The notes below the pieces were generated by a model that saw only the letters and a list, made by a program, of their open reading frames with translations, was not told where the DNA came from and searched no databases. The position numbers and the translations under genes are program-made. From Squalus acanthias (taxonomy: Eukaryota), in contig CM059438.1 in the NCBI GenBank assembly GCA_030390025.1, positions 63,738,001 through 63,802,000 on the forward strand: a stretch of 64,000 bases of DNA. Reading direction: 5' to 3'. Below, piece by piece: positions 24,230-37,085 of this stretch (the first letter of the stretch is position 1; the number at the start of each line of letters is the position of its first letter).

Positions 24230-25420
24230 GCAGTAAGTCATGCTTGACTCGCACCTCAAATTTGTCACTCGTCTGAATGGAATTGTTCTGCATGAACTAC
24301 ACATGTGTGGTCGGAGGCTTCCTGTGGGGAAATGCCTCCGATCCGCAAATAAAATGCCCGCGTACCTGGTGGTCCGGGAGGTATGGAGACTCGCGGTCCT
24401 GGGCCTCTCCGGGTACCCGCGGGAAGAGGCCTACGTATCCCGGGGCGCAGGCGGTTCGCAAGCGCTCCTGGGATCACGTGGGTCGGCGCAACCAATGAAA
24501 GAAGGGAATCCCCATTCATGCTTATGGGAATTCTGTATGTACGGAAACCCCATAAGTATGAATGGGAATATCCCCAAAAATAAACCTAGACATCAAATAA
24601 ATTTTAAAAAATGACATATTTAAAATTAATTAAAATGGCATTTAATTAAATTTTTAAAACAACAATGTAATCTTTTGAAAAATAAATTTACATGTTTTAA
24701 AGGGGCTAAAAATAAACTTGTTTTTGAATGTATAAATTATTGATAAAATGTTATTCTTCTGTATTTTAAAACTCTTACGTGTAACATGTAGGGGCAGCAT
24801 GTAGATGAGAAATAGGAGGGGGCCAAGGATAGATCCTTGGGGGACACCAGAGGTAATGATGTGGGAGCGGGAAGAGAAGCCGTTGCAGGTGATTCTCTGG
24901 CTACGATTAGATAGATAAGAATGGAACCAGGTGAGTGCAGTCCCACCCAGCTGGACGACGGTGGAGAGGCGTTGGAGAAGGATGGAGTGGTCAATCATGT
25001 TAAAGGCTGCAGACAAGTCAAGAAGGACGAGGAGGGATAGTTTACCTTTGTCACAGTCACACAGGATGTCATTTGTGACTTTGCTGAGAGCCGTTTCGGT
25101 ACTGTGGCAAGGGCAGAAACCTGATTGGAGGGATTCAAACATGGAGTTGCGGGAAAGATGGGCATGGATTTGGGAGGCGACAACACGTTCAAGGACTTTG
25201 GAGAGGAAAGGGAGGTTGGAGATGGGGACGGTAGTTTGCAAGGACGGAGGGGGTCAAGGGTTGTTTTTTTGAGGAGAGGGGTGATGACGGTGGATTTGAG
25301 GGAGAGGGGGACAGTACCATTGACTGCAATGGAACTGAACATCAGATGTTGCGTATAATGGGCAGCTGATCCGATTCCGTCCGTTTTGCGCCATCGCCCA
25401 AGATGAATTTCTAGGCCGTA
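24230..25420. mobile_element. MITE related to 35443-36199, interrupted by L2
   Basis: Shared CCTGGGATCACGTG motif, internal hairpin, AT-rich block, AATTTCTAGGCC right end. Confidence 0.6.
24787..25330 (-). mobile_element. L2 LINE RT fragment
   Basis: PISNLPFLSKVLE, QSGF, HSTETAL, LLDLSAAF, GVPQGSILGPLLF. Confidence 0.95.
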
Positions 25421-26917
25421 ACATCCTGAATTCAAACCCCAACCTCGATTTTTATTCAAACAAGACAAAGTAGAGATGAAGCAATATCCCTACATTACAA
25501 TAGTGACTACAACATTTCAAAAGTGCTTTTGTTGGTTGTAAAGTGCTTGGAACGTGATGAGGTAGTGAAAGGCAATATATAAATGTAAGTCTTTCGTTCT
25601 TTCTTTCTTCTTTCTTTCCCTATTGCCTCCATTTCACATAAATATTTACATTCTGATGGGCCATTCATTTTTCTATTTCACTCCTTACTGACGTTCTCTT
25701 CCCCTTCTCAAAACAATGGTTTAATGGGTTAACTTTTTATTAAATAAGGTACATTTCTATTCCCTCTCTGTCGGTCTGTGGGCACCATGTGACAGCCACA
25801 GTTATTGCTTTCGTTATTTTCCCCACTAGATTTTCTCAGGTAAGGACTTCAAAGTTACTCTGATGATCAGTGTTTTTTATAGTAAAACTAACTTTGATCT
25901 TCACAGTGGAGTGGACCAGGCCTCTCTTATCTTGGAAAGTTACCTCATAATAGAGATTGATGCTTCAAAGGAAAGTAGAGATGAAACAATTTTTCACTTT
26001 ACAGATGATGACATTATCATGTATTTAATGGTGGCATTCTTTTGTTTATTTCTTAAATTCGCAAACCTAGACGTAAAGCCAAAGACCATGTCTAGAATAT
26101 CGCCAAGGACGTTGAAAAGAAGAGTCGAGATGGTGAGATAATTAGAGGGGACAGTACTCCAAGCTTGAGTTCTGTCCATCAGACAGAAGTAAGGAACCCC
26201 ACAGCTTTGAGCTCCCCGGTGAAGGATTAAGTTAAGGTTGGATATAGTACATCATGACTCTTTAATTCAACTCAGTGAGAACGTGGGAGAATGTACAGGA
26301 TGGTACATTTAGAGTTTGCCTAAACGTTCGAGTAAAACAGACAAACCTTATCGTCCCAAAACAAATGCATTAAAAATAATGCACCTTGTCAGTTTGTCTG
26401 GATAGGATTGAACCCCCTGGACGCATTGTCCACATGTGTAGTACACTGAGTGTATGGACACCGTTCCCCACATTAAAGCATTACTCTGAAGGTTCAGCAG
26501 TCTTCTTCTGAGGCAACTTGCCTGAGCAGGTTTCAGCCAAACTCCGTTGACAATCTTTTCTTTCTGGCTTTGCCTCCATTCTCTTTTAAGTCCTGAATAC
26601 TTATCCTGGGGCCAATTTAATATCTGTTATTCCCTGGACTCAGATGGTGTGTAACAGATTGTGAAAATGGGCAGGGATTGGAAGACAGAAATCCGAGTGT
26701 TTGTCACAAAGTGCAGCATCGTTAATCGGGCAATAAGCTTCTCTTGTACCGATTCAGGAGTGCTTTAAGAGCTTCCCCAGTAATGGGGGTGGATGTTGTC
26801 TTTACAGCCTAGGGATTAACCAATGCATGAGCTTGAATACAGAGAGGAAAATCTTGTGAGGAGGATTGCATGCCCCTTACAGAACCTGCCTGATCTTCAT
26901 TCCATTATTTTTTTAAA

Positions 26918-27195
26918 AAGAAAGGAAGACTTGCATTGCTTTCACAACCTCCGGAAGCCCCAAAGCACTTTATGATCAACAAAGTACTTTTTTTTGAATT
27001 GTTGTCACTGTTGTAATGTGGGAAACGTGGCAGTCAATTTGCGCACAGCAAGGTCCCACAAACAGCAATGTGTTAATGACCAGATAATCTGTCTTAGTGA
27101 TGTTGCATGAAGGATAAATATTGGCCCAGGACACGTGTAAAACGGTCCTGCTCTTCTTTGAATCATACCTTGGGATCTTTTACCTCCACCTGAGA
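26918..27195 (-). mobile_element. Deu-SINE 3' half
   Basis: Similarity to the other copies. Confidence 0.8.
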
Positions 27196-28172
27196 TGGAA
27201 GGAAAATCAGCCGGGGCCTGTTACCGGCGCACAATTCTCCTCACCGGATTTCCTTCTCCGCGCTCTGCAGAGACCATGCTTAACACTCAGGCGGTAAAGA
27301 CAAAAATCTACCCCATGGAAACTTTGAATAAATTCAGCTCAAGCTACAATGTATATTTAAAGCCACCCGGATCAGCCCCACTTAGAGCTCCAGCAGCCTG
27401 GGGGAGTGTCATTTTCGCACTTCGCATGTACCCCAGGAGAGCATATATAAGAGATTCAGGTATCCACTGGGTATGTGCTGTGACCATTTTGGTCAGAAAA
27501 TCATGTGGCGTGCCTCCGCAAAAACTGATCTGTGCTTCCCATGGGCGAGGTTTTCAGCTGGGAGTGTGAGGTCAACGAGTTACTTCTATGATCCCCACAG
27601 GAGGCTGTTCTGCAGAGGGCTATAGATAAGAGAGACGTCAGTATTGTAATGTGCTAACTCGCCACATGGTTTAAATTATTTAGGCAGTTCTCCAGCAGCA
27701 AGAAAAATGCAAAACTGAAGCGCGGTAAAAATCCACCTGCGCGCAACATGAAAATATTAATAGTATTAATCACAATGCAATTTGTACAAGATGAACTTTG
27801 AAGAGTTTGTTAGATAGAAGAGGAGAATATAAGCCAATACTAAGTAAAACACAGGTTATTTAACATAAATTCATTTACGCTGTAACTGAGGTTGGGAGAT
27901 TTATATCCAGCTAACTTTCCCGAGGCTGCAGGTTCCAGACAGACTATGACTGAATGAACTTGAAGGCAGCAAATTTAGATCACGGCAGTCAATTTTCTGG
28001 TCAGCTGAGAACAAAAGAAAACAGCCAGTAGACATTGGTTGCTGTTTTTCTGAGACTTCTTCACTTACCTTATGAGTAAATCAAGTTGGGACAGAAGAGT
28101 TACGATTGACAATGTATATAAAAATGAGAAGTCGCACAACACCAGGTTATAGTCCAACAGTTTTATTTGAAA

Positions 28173-28210
28173 TCACAAGCTTTCGGAGCTGTTGCTCCTT
28201 CGTCGGGTGA
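28173..28210 (-). ncRNA. Hammerhead motif with variant core (left arm)
   Basis: Core CCGACGA instead of CTGACGA. Confidence 0.55.
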
Positions 28211-28521
28211 AGTAAAGAGATACAGAATCGCCAAAGCATATATAGATAGAGAACAATGCATGTGTACCTTACAATGGTAGACGACTAAATTTAATCATCC
28301 TGACTGTTTATCTGCCGAGGTGTGACAAAAAGCAATCAGGTCAGCCAGGAAGGTCGCACATCAAAGACATAGCAAGATACAACTGAGACAATGAGGTGGA
28401 GTTACAGGGGGTCTAACGTGTCAAAAGCTGCAGTCAGTATGTAAAATGATAAACTTTAAAATTTTTACTTTTTTACTGGGAATCACATCTGTGAACAAGC
28501 CAACGACGACTCGAGTCTGGA

Positions 28522-29582
28522 TCACGTCATGTATCGTGACATAAACCCAAGATCCCGGTTGAGACCGTCCTCATGAGTGCGGAACTTGGCTATCAGTTTC
28601 TGCTCGATGATTTTGCGTTGTCGTGTGTTTCTAAGGCCGCCTTGGAGAACGCTTACCCGCAGATCCGAGGCTGAATGTCCTTGACTGCTGAAGTGTTCCC
28701 CGACTGGGAGGGAACACTCCTGCCTGGTGATTGTTGCGCGGTGTCCGTTCATACGTTGTGTCAGTGTCTGCATGGTCTCGCCGATGTACCATGCCGCGGT
28801 GCATTCTTTCCTGCAACGTATGAGGTAGACAACGTTGGCCGAGTCACATGAGTATGTACCATGTACCTGGTGGGTAGTGTCCTCACGTGTGATGATGGTA
28901 TCTGTGTTGATGATCTGGCATGTCTTGCAGAGGTTGCCGTGGCAGGGTTGTGTGGTGTCGTGGTCGCTGTTATCCTGAAAGCTGGGTAATTTGCTGCGAA
29001 CGATGGTACTTCTGAGGTTAGGCGGCTGTTTGAAGGCAAGTAGTGGAGGCGTGGGGATGGCCTTAGCGAGGTGTTCGTCGTCATCGATGACATGTTGAAG
29101 GCTGCGAAGAACATGGCGTAGTTTCTCCGCTCCAGGGAAGTACTGGATGACGTAGGGTACCCTGTTGGTTGTGTCCCGTGTTTGCCTTCTGAGGAGGTCT
29201 ATGCGATTTTTCGCTGTGGCCCGTTGGAACTGTCGATCGATGAGTCGAGCGTCATATCCTGTTCTTACGAGGGCGTTTTTCAGCGTCCGTAGGTGTCCAT
29301 CGCGTTCCTCCTCGTCTGAGCAGATCCTGTGTATTCGCAGGGCTTGTCCATAGGGGATGGCTTCTTTAACGTGGTTAGGGTGGAAGCTGGAGAAGTGGAG
29401 CATCGTGAGGTTGTCCGTGGGCTTGCGGTAGAGTGAAGTGCTGAGGTGTCCGTCTTTGATGGAGATTCGTGTGTCTAGGAATGAAACTGATTCTGAGGAG
29501 TAGTCCATGGTGAGTTTGATGGTGGGATGGAACTTGTTTATGTTATCGTGTAGTCTTTTCAGTGATCCTTCGCCATGGGTCC
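28522..29582 (-). pseudogene. PLE RT thumb plus GIY-YIG endonuclease, uninterrupted but 5'-truncated
   Basis: WTHGEG...LYRKPT...VVYLIRC...WYIGET...HEDGLN; the N-terminal ~50 aa of the 403-aa ORF derive from the antisense pLTR. Confidence 0.92.
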
Positions 29583-29913
29583 ATGTCACGATACATGACG
29601 TGATCCAGACTCGAGTCGTCGTTGGCTTGTTCACAGATGTGATTCCCAGTAAAAAAGTAAAAATTTTAAAGTTTATCGTTTTACATACTGACTGCAGCTT
29701 TTGACACGTTAGAACCCCGTAACTCCACCTCATTGTCTCAGTTGTATCTTGCTATGTCTTTGATGCGGGACCTTCCTGGCTGACCTGATTGCCTTTTGTC
29801 ACACCTCGGCAGATAAACAGTCAGGATGATTAAATTTAGTCGTCTACCATTGTAAGGTACACATGCATTGTTCTCTATCTATATATGCTTTGGCGATTCT
29901 GTATCTCTTTACT

Positions 29914-29951
29914 TCACCCGACGAAGGAGCAACAGCTCCGAAAGCTTGTGA
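29914..29951 (+). ncRNA. Hammerhead motif with variant core (right arm)
   Basis: tcac CCGACGA a ggagc-aaca-gctcc GAAAgcT T gtga. Confidence 0.55.
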
Positions 29952-30049
29952 TTTCAAATAAAACTGTTGGACTATAACCTGGTGTTGTGCGACTTCTCAT
30001 TTTTGTCCACCCCAGTCCAACACCGGCATCTGCGCATAATGTATATAAA

Positions 30050-30514
30050 GAAAGACTTGCATTTATATTGCGTCTTTCACGACCTCAGTACATCCCAAAG
30101 CGCTTTACAGCCAATGAAGTACTTTTGAAATGTAGTCACTGTTGTAATGTAGGAAGCACAGCAGCCAATTTGCGCACAGCAAGCTCCCACAAACAGCAAT
30201 GTGATAATAACCAGATAATCTGTTTTTTTTTAGTGATATTGGTTGAGGGATAAATATTGCCCAGGATACCAGGGATAACTCCCCTGCTCTTCTTCGAAAT
30301 AGTGCCATGGGATCTTTTATGTCCACCTGAGAGAGCAGACGGGGCCTTGGTTTAACGTCACATCCAAAAAACGACACCTCCAACAGTGCAGCACTCACTC
30401 AGCACTGCACTGGAGTGTCAGCCTAGATTTTTGTGCTCAAGTCTCTGGAGTGGGACTTGAACCCACAGCCTTCTGACTCAGGCGAGAGTGCTACCCACTG
30501 AGCCACAGCTGACA
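30050..30514 (-). mobile_element. Full-length Deu-SINE
   Basis: Head, core and tail all recognisable. Confidence 0.9.
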
Positions 30515-30774
30515 GATATGGTTGATTGTTCTATACATAATACATAGAAATATCAATGAAATTCTGAGTCCCAGTCTTAATGGTCACTGAGTGAAGCCAT
30601 AGGAAAATCGTCAAAAATCCAGCAGGAAACACAATTAGTCCCATATAGCAAATTAGTTCATTTTTTTGAATCAATTCTAATACTTGCTTGCCACGACCAT
30701 TTTGCTGTGTTTGTCTATAAGAGCTGTAAAGCACTTATTTTCTGCCTATATAGTGTATCCTCACTTATAACTAT

Positions 30775-31523
30775 GGTCCAAAATATGCTGAAAAAATAAT
30801 GGTGTGTGAAGGATAAACACCATTATTAATGTGCAAATTGTCCAGCAACTTGTGGCGATGAAGAGATATCCTGTGAATTGCGAACCGCCACAGGTTGCTG
30901 GATGATTTGTGCCACTCTGCTTCGCGAAAACGGCATCTCGCCCTTAATCTCCCCGTGATTTTTGTGAAGTTGCTGCGTTTGCACGTTAATTGCCCATTAA
31001 ACTCGCCGCAGAAGGTTAAGTCTAGTAATTAATAGTGTAAATACCCTTTTAACAATGTGATAATTGTTAATGACTGCCAATCAACCTCTCTGGCCCAGAA
31101 AGTGAACAATTAAAAGTGTGGAATCTCATTCCTGCATGTAGTAACTTGTTGTTGGAGATTGTAAAAATGTTAAATTTTAAATTCAATTTTTTTTCTTGCT
31201 TTTCCCTTCTGTTTCTTTTCTCTCTCTCTCGCTTAATCCAATCTTTCTTTCCCTCTCTTTATTTCTCTTTCTAATTCTCCTTCCTTCTCCATTCTTCCTC
31301 TGTTTATTTCTCAATCCTTAAATCTCGTTGGTTAAGGAGAGACACTAAGGTTGTCCTATGGTTTACCAAGGTCTCAGATGCCCTGTTGCCCTCGCCACGC
31401 TGTTATCAGCTCGCACTTCCAGTAACTTTGTGGGCAAAAGATTTTTGCGCTGAGGTATGCCGGAATAAGTCTAACTAACAGGGCACACTGTGAGATACAC
31501 CGCTCCAGCAAATTCTTCTCCCT
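30775..31523. mobile_element. Probable MITE with CT-rich centre
   Basis: Degenerate ends GGTCCAAAATATGCTG / CAGCAAATTCTTCTCCC. Confidence 0.4.
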
Positions 31524-32209
31524 TCGCTTGAGCTCTGTACTGGAGGACAATTCCACGGGTGGCAATCGGCCTCCTGTATCTCACGTATTGCCCACGAATG
31601 CTAATATCCCACATCGTAATTTCGAGGATGGAGTTTCTTAACATGTACCATCTAATTCACTCTTCTACTGCACCCCTTCTTCAACTACTTGAAAAATACA
31701 GCGAAGGGCAGGGAAAACGGTAACAGTTGGAGCTGTACACTCATCAATCACCAAACTCGTCAGTCTGATTCACTGAGGTTTTAATTCTGTGACAGACTGG
31801 AAATGTGTTGTGTGTTTTCTTTCTAAATCTTCATTATTGACATGTACCTCTTTCAGTTGAATGAATGGCCAGAGATCTGCCATGATTCCTCACTCCCTTC
31901 CTGTGCTACCTAAAGGTGCAGCAAGACAGACAGATGCACTACTTGTCATTCAAGGTGAGAGCTTTCCTATCCAAGCACCACCTCGCCTGATATCTCCCGG
32001 GAACTGCTGAAACTCATTACCGATGTTGCTCCTAAGGCCTCCTGACATGCACTGACTTTTCCTTCTTTCACAAGTCAAATCAACACTTCATTTTCTCCAG
32101 TGACGCAGGATCACTCTCACGGCCTCTAAAGCTGCTGATGTTTTCTCAACAGCCTCAGCACTCTTCCATCTGTATGGCAATCATTTAAAATAAATCTAAA
32201 ATACACATA

Positions 32210-33066
32210 GGGCTGGATTTTACCAGCTCCGAGGAGGCAGATCTGGAGGTGGGACTGCTGGGAAAATCAAAAAGAATGGGAGCAGGTCCCGAACCCGCTC
32301 CCAACCCGTCTCCAACCAATCTTCCCGGGAGTCGGGTGCCTGATTTGCGCAGGGACCCGACTCCTAGCAGCGGGAAGAGGATTATAGGTAGTTAACAGGC
32401 AGTTAAGAGGCTTTTTCCCATTTAGATACTTCTGCTGTGGGCTTCCCGACATTGGCGAACCCCGCCAGGGTAAGTGAGGTGTGATGTGGGTCTGTTGTAA
32501 TGTTTGTGTATAGATGACAGCTGCAGAAGTGGTGTGAAGGATGCAGTGGGACACTGGTGAGTATCAGAGGTAAGGAAATGTTGGGAAAGTCATTTTTAAT
32601 GTGTTTAGATTTTTCTGTCGGTGACAAGCTTTGAAGTGTTTGTGTGGCCTCACCTCATTGGGAGATCCTCTCTCACCAGTGACAGATCACTTCTGTACCC
32701 TCACCTGCAGCTGCCATCTGTTTTATCCTAAGGAGAGAGTCATTGGAGAGTCTGGATGCAAGGGCTCACCTTTGTACAGTGATTGTCAGTGTTTGACAGC
32801 ACCTCAATGCTGTCAAACACTGTCAAATCATCTGTCAAAAATAAATGGATCATGTCCCTTTAAGAAAACCGGCAGATGAAGCGTCATCAACTGACATCAT
32901 CTGATACCGACTTTCCCTTAATTGGCCAGCAAGCCCGCAGGGCGGGCTTAACAAGGCCAATCAGGGGAAAATAGCGCCTGTGCGTCGGACGTCCCTGGGG
33001 GCAGGACTAGATCCCGGAAGGCAGCAGTCCCGCCCCCAACTCGTCTCGGCAGGTAAAATCCAGCCC
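32210..33066. mobile_element. Harbinger-type MITE
   Basis: Perfect 15-bp TIR GGGCTGGATTTTACC; flanks ATA/ACA. Confidence 0.85.
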
Positions 33067-33487
33067 ACAGTGTTTTTAATCTGCACTGGTAATAGAAAAG
33101 GATAAGAAACTGCACAGAAAACGCAAAGTCCACATGACTGCCTGTGCCCTGTTAAATTTTGTCTCTGAAGTTTTCCGAATAAAGGTAGCACTTTGCATCC
33201 TGTTATTTTAACTTAAATTACGTTAAACAGCAAGAAGAAATCTGGTGTATTTAAAGTGAGCTAAATGAGAATAAGACTCTGACGAGATACAAAGAAGCTG
33301 CAATTTCTTAGCCGACCAGTTAAAGCTCTGCTTACTTTAAATCAACCTGATACCACTTTTAAAAAAGCACCCCAATTAAAATGAAGCTTCAAATTCAAGA
33401 GGAATTTACACTTTTCATCCAGTACTGCACTAAATATAATTCATTCACACAAGATTATATTAATGATCATGAAAAAACAAGAACTGC

Positions 33488-34161
33488 TGTAATATATAAT
33501 TCACTGTTCATTGTGACTTGGCTGAATTTAATGTACCAGCATGCTTCGAGAGTTCTGCAAACAAACCTTTAAACAGATTTAGTTAACTTCTGTAACCCTA
33601 TTAGACACGGCATAAGCGTCCCATTGTCTACAGATTTAGTTAACTTCTGCAACCTCATCAGACAGGACCTCGAGAGTTCGGCAAAATAAACCTTTAAGCT
33701 GCTTGAACAATGAAGAACTTCTGCAACCCCTTCAGACGTGGCGCAAGCGGCCTTGAGACCCATTGACTACAGATAAGAAGAGATACCCATCATTGAACAA
33801 TTGTCAACATGGTCTGGGACGTGTATGCATTGGGTGGCCTGCCAAGTTTTGGGTATAAAGGAAACAGTTAGGGAATGCTTGGGACTGCTGCAGTGACTCA
33901 GGCGACTTGACCGGTCGCACAGAAAGAAGGGCTTACTGGTCACCGCCGAACTGGTCACTCGCTGGTGTTAGTACGTATGTTTGCTTATGCTTGCTCGTTG
34001 AAGCCTATGCTTGCTTGTAAACTTGATTGATTTTTGGTAAAGAAGTAGTTACCCTGAAATCTTCGTCTCATTGTCTTCATTCTGGTTCGGTCCGAACTCT
34101 CAGTAACTGTCAGACCGGGATACCGTAAAGGGCCTAGTCTTACATTGTCTTATTTCTAACA
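33488..34161 (+). mobile_element. Probable solo LTR
   Basis: TGT...ACA termini; flanks CTGC/CTAC; internal direct repeat ACAGATTTAGTTAACTTCTG; TATAAA near 33854. Confidence 0.6.
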
Positions 34162-35442
34162 CTACACATTCCCTATTAAAATTGACATATTATAGGTAAT
34201 ATTCAGATGAGCACATTCAAAGATTCTAGAGGCAGGTCCAATTTACCAGCTGAGGGCAGATCACGGGCCAAAGGATGGAACTCAATGATGTCATTCTGTG
34301 AGCTTTCCAAGGTCCTGAAACTTCATCTCTGTCCATGATGTTTTTCTATTCCACATTGGTTGGGTTTAAGGCTGGTTCTTTACCTATGCATCAGGACTGA
34401 TAGATTTTTTATAATTTGCGCAAAACCCCTATAGTTATCATGGGAGAGTGAAGATCTGGACCAGAAACAATCAAAAAATACAAGTGTTGTTCATTTCGAA
34501 ACAAAAACAACATTGTACAATGTAAGTGTGAGTTTGGTAGCAGTGCTGGGAAACAATTTGTTTTCTGTCATTCTTCGTTGACTGGTTTTTGGAGCAATGT
34601 GGGTTGTATAAATGTGTGTGCCTATTTTAGTTGGGCGAGGACTCCAGCTCAGAGAATGCTGTCACCTGTAGCTGACCATGAGTGCATTCCTGCTGAGGAT
34701 GGGTTTGCTAGGTTGGCTCATGAACATATACTGCCAGTTAGGTCAGCAAGTATTAATCAGGGAAAAATACATTCTTAAAGACTATTGCCTCAAATCCGCC
34801 ACAAAAAAAGCAACTGCACCTGAATTGTCCTCCCAAAAATCCACCAGATCCCCTTAAAGCCTGCCACAAGCCCATTCCGCCACATTTAAATAGGGTCAAA
34901 GGGGTGCGGCTTACCACTCCATCCCATTCTCATCCAGATCTATCCCAAGTGTGCCCAGATAATTTCTCTTGCAGTGTCAGTAAAAGTAAGCAATCCTGCA
35001 AGGTGTCCTTGAGGTGGATAACCATATCGAAAAGGCTGTTTTGTGCACTGCTACTAAAGGTTCATGATTCTTTGTCTGCAAAGTGGTACTTTTAGTACTT
35101 TGGAGTCTATCAGGACTTTTGTTGCTACTTTTACTCAGCTCTGTTCACAGTAATGCTTTACACTCTGGATATTCATTTTGATATAAAGTACAAGAGGATG
35201 AAGAAAAGCCAAAAGCTAGGTTGTAATCTTTTAGTGTCATCAAAAGTATCTCTTTTTTTAAATGTGAACACTCACTCACCAGGGTCTGCAGATCAAAAGG
35301 GTCTTAATTAGGTACCACCATAGCATGAGGAAGGTGCAGAAGAAGGAGAAGAAGTGGAATAGGAGAGCCAGCAGCCAGTTGCCAGTGCAAGGAGAGAACA
35401 AATGAAAGACAAGAACTTCCAATAAATAAAGGTTGAGTCACT

Positions 35443-36199
35443 GGGCCAGAAATTCGGCTCTCTGGCTTCCTGCGGGTGCAAGCATCGCGCGCGTACTTAC
35501 CTACCGCGCCTGCCGTTGTGCTTCAGGCCCACGAGGACTTCGGCTCCTGGGCCTCCTGCAGCTGCCGGCGCGCAGTGCTTGCGTATCCCAGGGGCGCAGT
35601 TAGTTCGAAGCGTCCCCTGGGATCACGTGGGCCATGGAGAGCCAATCGGAGCAGGGCATTTTCATTCATAGATTTGACAGGAAGACCTGTCAAATCTATG
35701 AATAGAGATTGGCCCCAAAACCACACTTAAACTTCAAATAAATTTAAAGAAAAACATCACATTTTTAAAATAACTATAAGTTACATAAATTAACTACTTT
35801 AAACAAAAATTTTAATTTTTGAAAAAATTAATTATACTTTTTAACGGTGCAAAAAATAAACTTACCTTTCTTTAAAGGATGTAAAAAAGATAAACCTGTT
35901 GAATTTTTTTTTTAATTGTAATTAATTAACCACTTACCTTGTTAAAAACAGGCCTTGCGCCTCCTTTTTTCCTGCGCAGCTTCTCCATACTTACCCTCAC
36001 GGAGAAACCTGAAAAAAAAACGAAGTTCGCTGCGTGTGCGCTGCCTCTCCCGCGCACGCATTCGACTTCTGAACCCCTCCCTTCAGGGGAACGGAAGTTC
36101 CGGTTTCCCGCGCACGCGCAGTGCATGCGTGAAACCGGCACTTCAGGTGGCCTTACGGGTGAGTACACACTCACCCGACAAGAGCCGAATTTCTGGCCC
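35443..36199. mobile_element. MITE with perfect 18-bp TIRs
   Basis: GGGCCAGAAATTCGGCTC / GAGCCGAATTTCTGGCCC. Confidence 0.9.
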
Positions 36200-37085
36200 T
36201 TTAAAGCCTCTTCACATCTGCCTGTACTCCCTGCCCACGCCTCCCTCCCACCACACACGCACACCCTCACAAAGTCTTGCCAAGATTTCTGCCAAGACCC
36301 TTCATAAGACTGAAGTCTACATTTTCCCTGTCATCATCCAACTCTCAAAAGTTGAAAAACACACTGCGAAATGAATACACAAACTCTCTGGGATCTATTT
36401 ATCTTTATTTGGAACAACCGCTTTCACCTGGAAGTACAAACAAAATATATTCTCCCTTTCCATAACTACTTAACACTGTGACAACATTTGTACCAGCTAC
36501 CTTACTTACTTTAGTTCCTAATCTACTATTCCGACAAAGTGGCCTGACTGAGTGGCACAAGGTTCAGCAGATGGGATGGTTTTCCTGGAGCCTTAGAAAC
36601 CTGTGGTGACTCTTATCTCAGGGTATCTGCTGTCCTCGGGGTTCCAGCTTCCGACAGCCTGGTGTTTGCAGTCACAAGAGGCGCAGGGCCCACATCTGCA
36701 GCTCCCTTGCGTGAAAACAGTCCGAGGGGATCTTGAGGAATCGGGCTCCCTGCCACTCTCTGACAAGACACTGGTGCTGGCATGGGTTCAGAGGTTCCTA
36801 CTACTCAGTGCCATCACAGAATGAATAGTCCCACTGAGATCTTGGAAACCCTGCGAATATGTTCTGTTCAAAGCATCTGTTAAACCACTGCTAGCTGCCA
36901 GGAGTGACCAATGTCCTAGGAAGCTCTTCCTGGCTTTTTGGTGCCTTGGCAATATCACAGATTTTCAAAGTCTACAGGTTGTTCTGCAGATTATGAGAAA
37001 TTAACTCCAATGTGTTGCAGATGTGGGTAGTGAGCAATTATCGATCATCTCAACTATATGCATGGAAACTATCTCCACTGCCTCC

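Larger units (their letters stand above)
28123..30037. mobile_element. Penelope-like element with ~420-bp inverted pLTR arms; ORF on -, tail on +
   Basis: Arms ~28123-28542 and ~29583-30002; tail to 30037; TSD AATGTATATAAA at 28111-28122 and 30038-30049. Confidence 0.95.

Noticed and set aside
28522..29733. 403-aa ORF as an intact or domesticated gene
   Set aside because: The N-terminus is antisense pLTR sequence and the catalytic RT core is missing; it is a truncated PLE.
36500..36830. Possible decayed transposase remnant
   Set aside because: Similarity too weak to support by eye.
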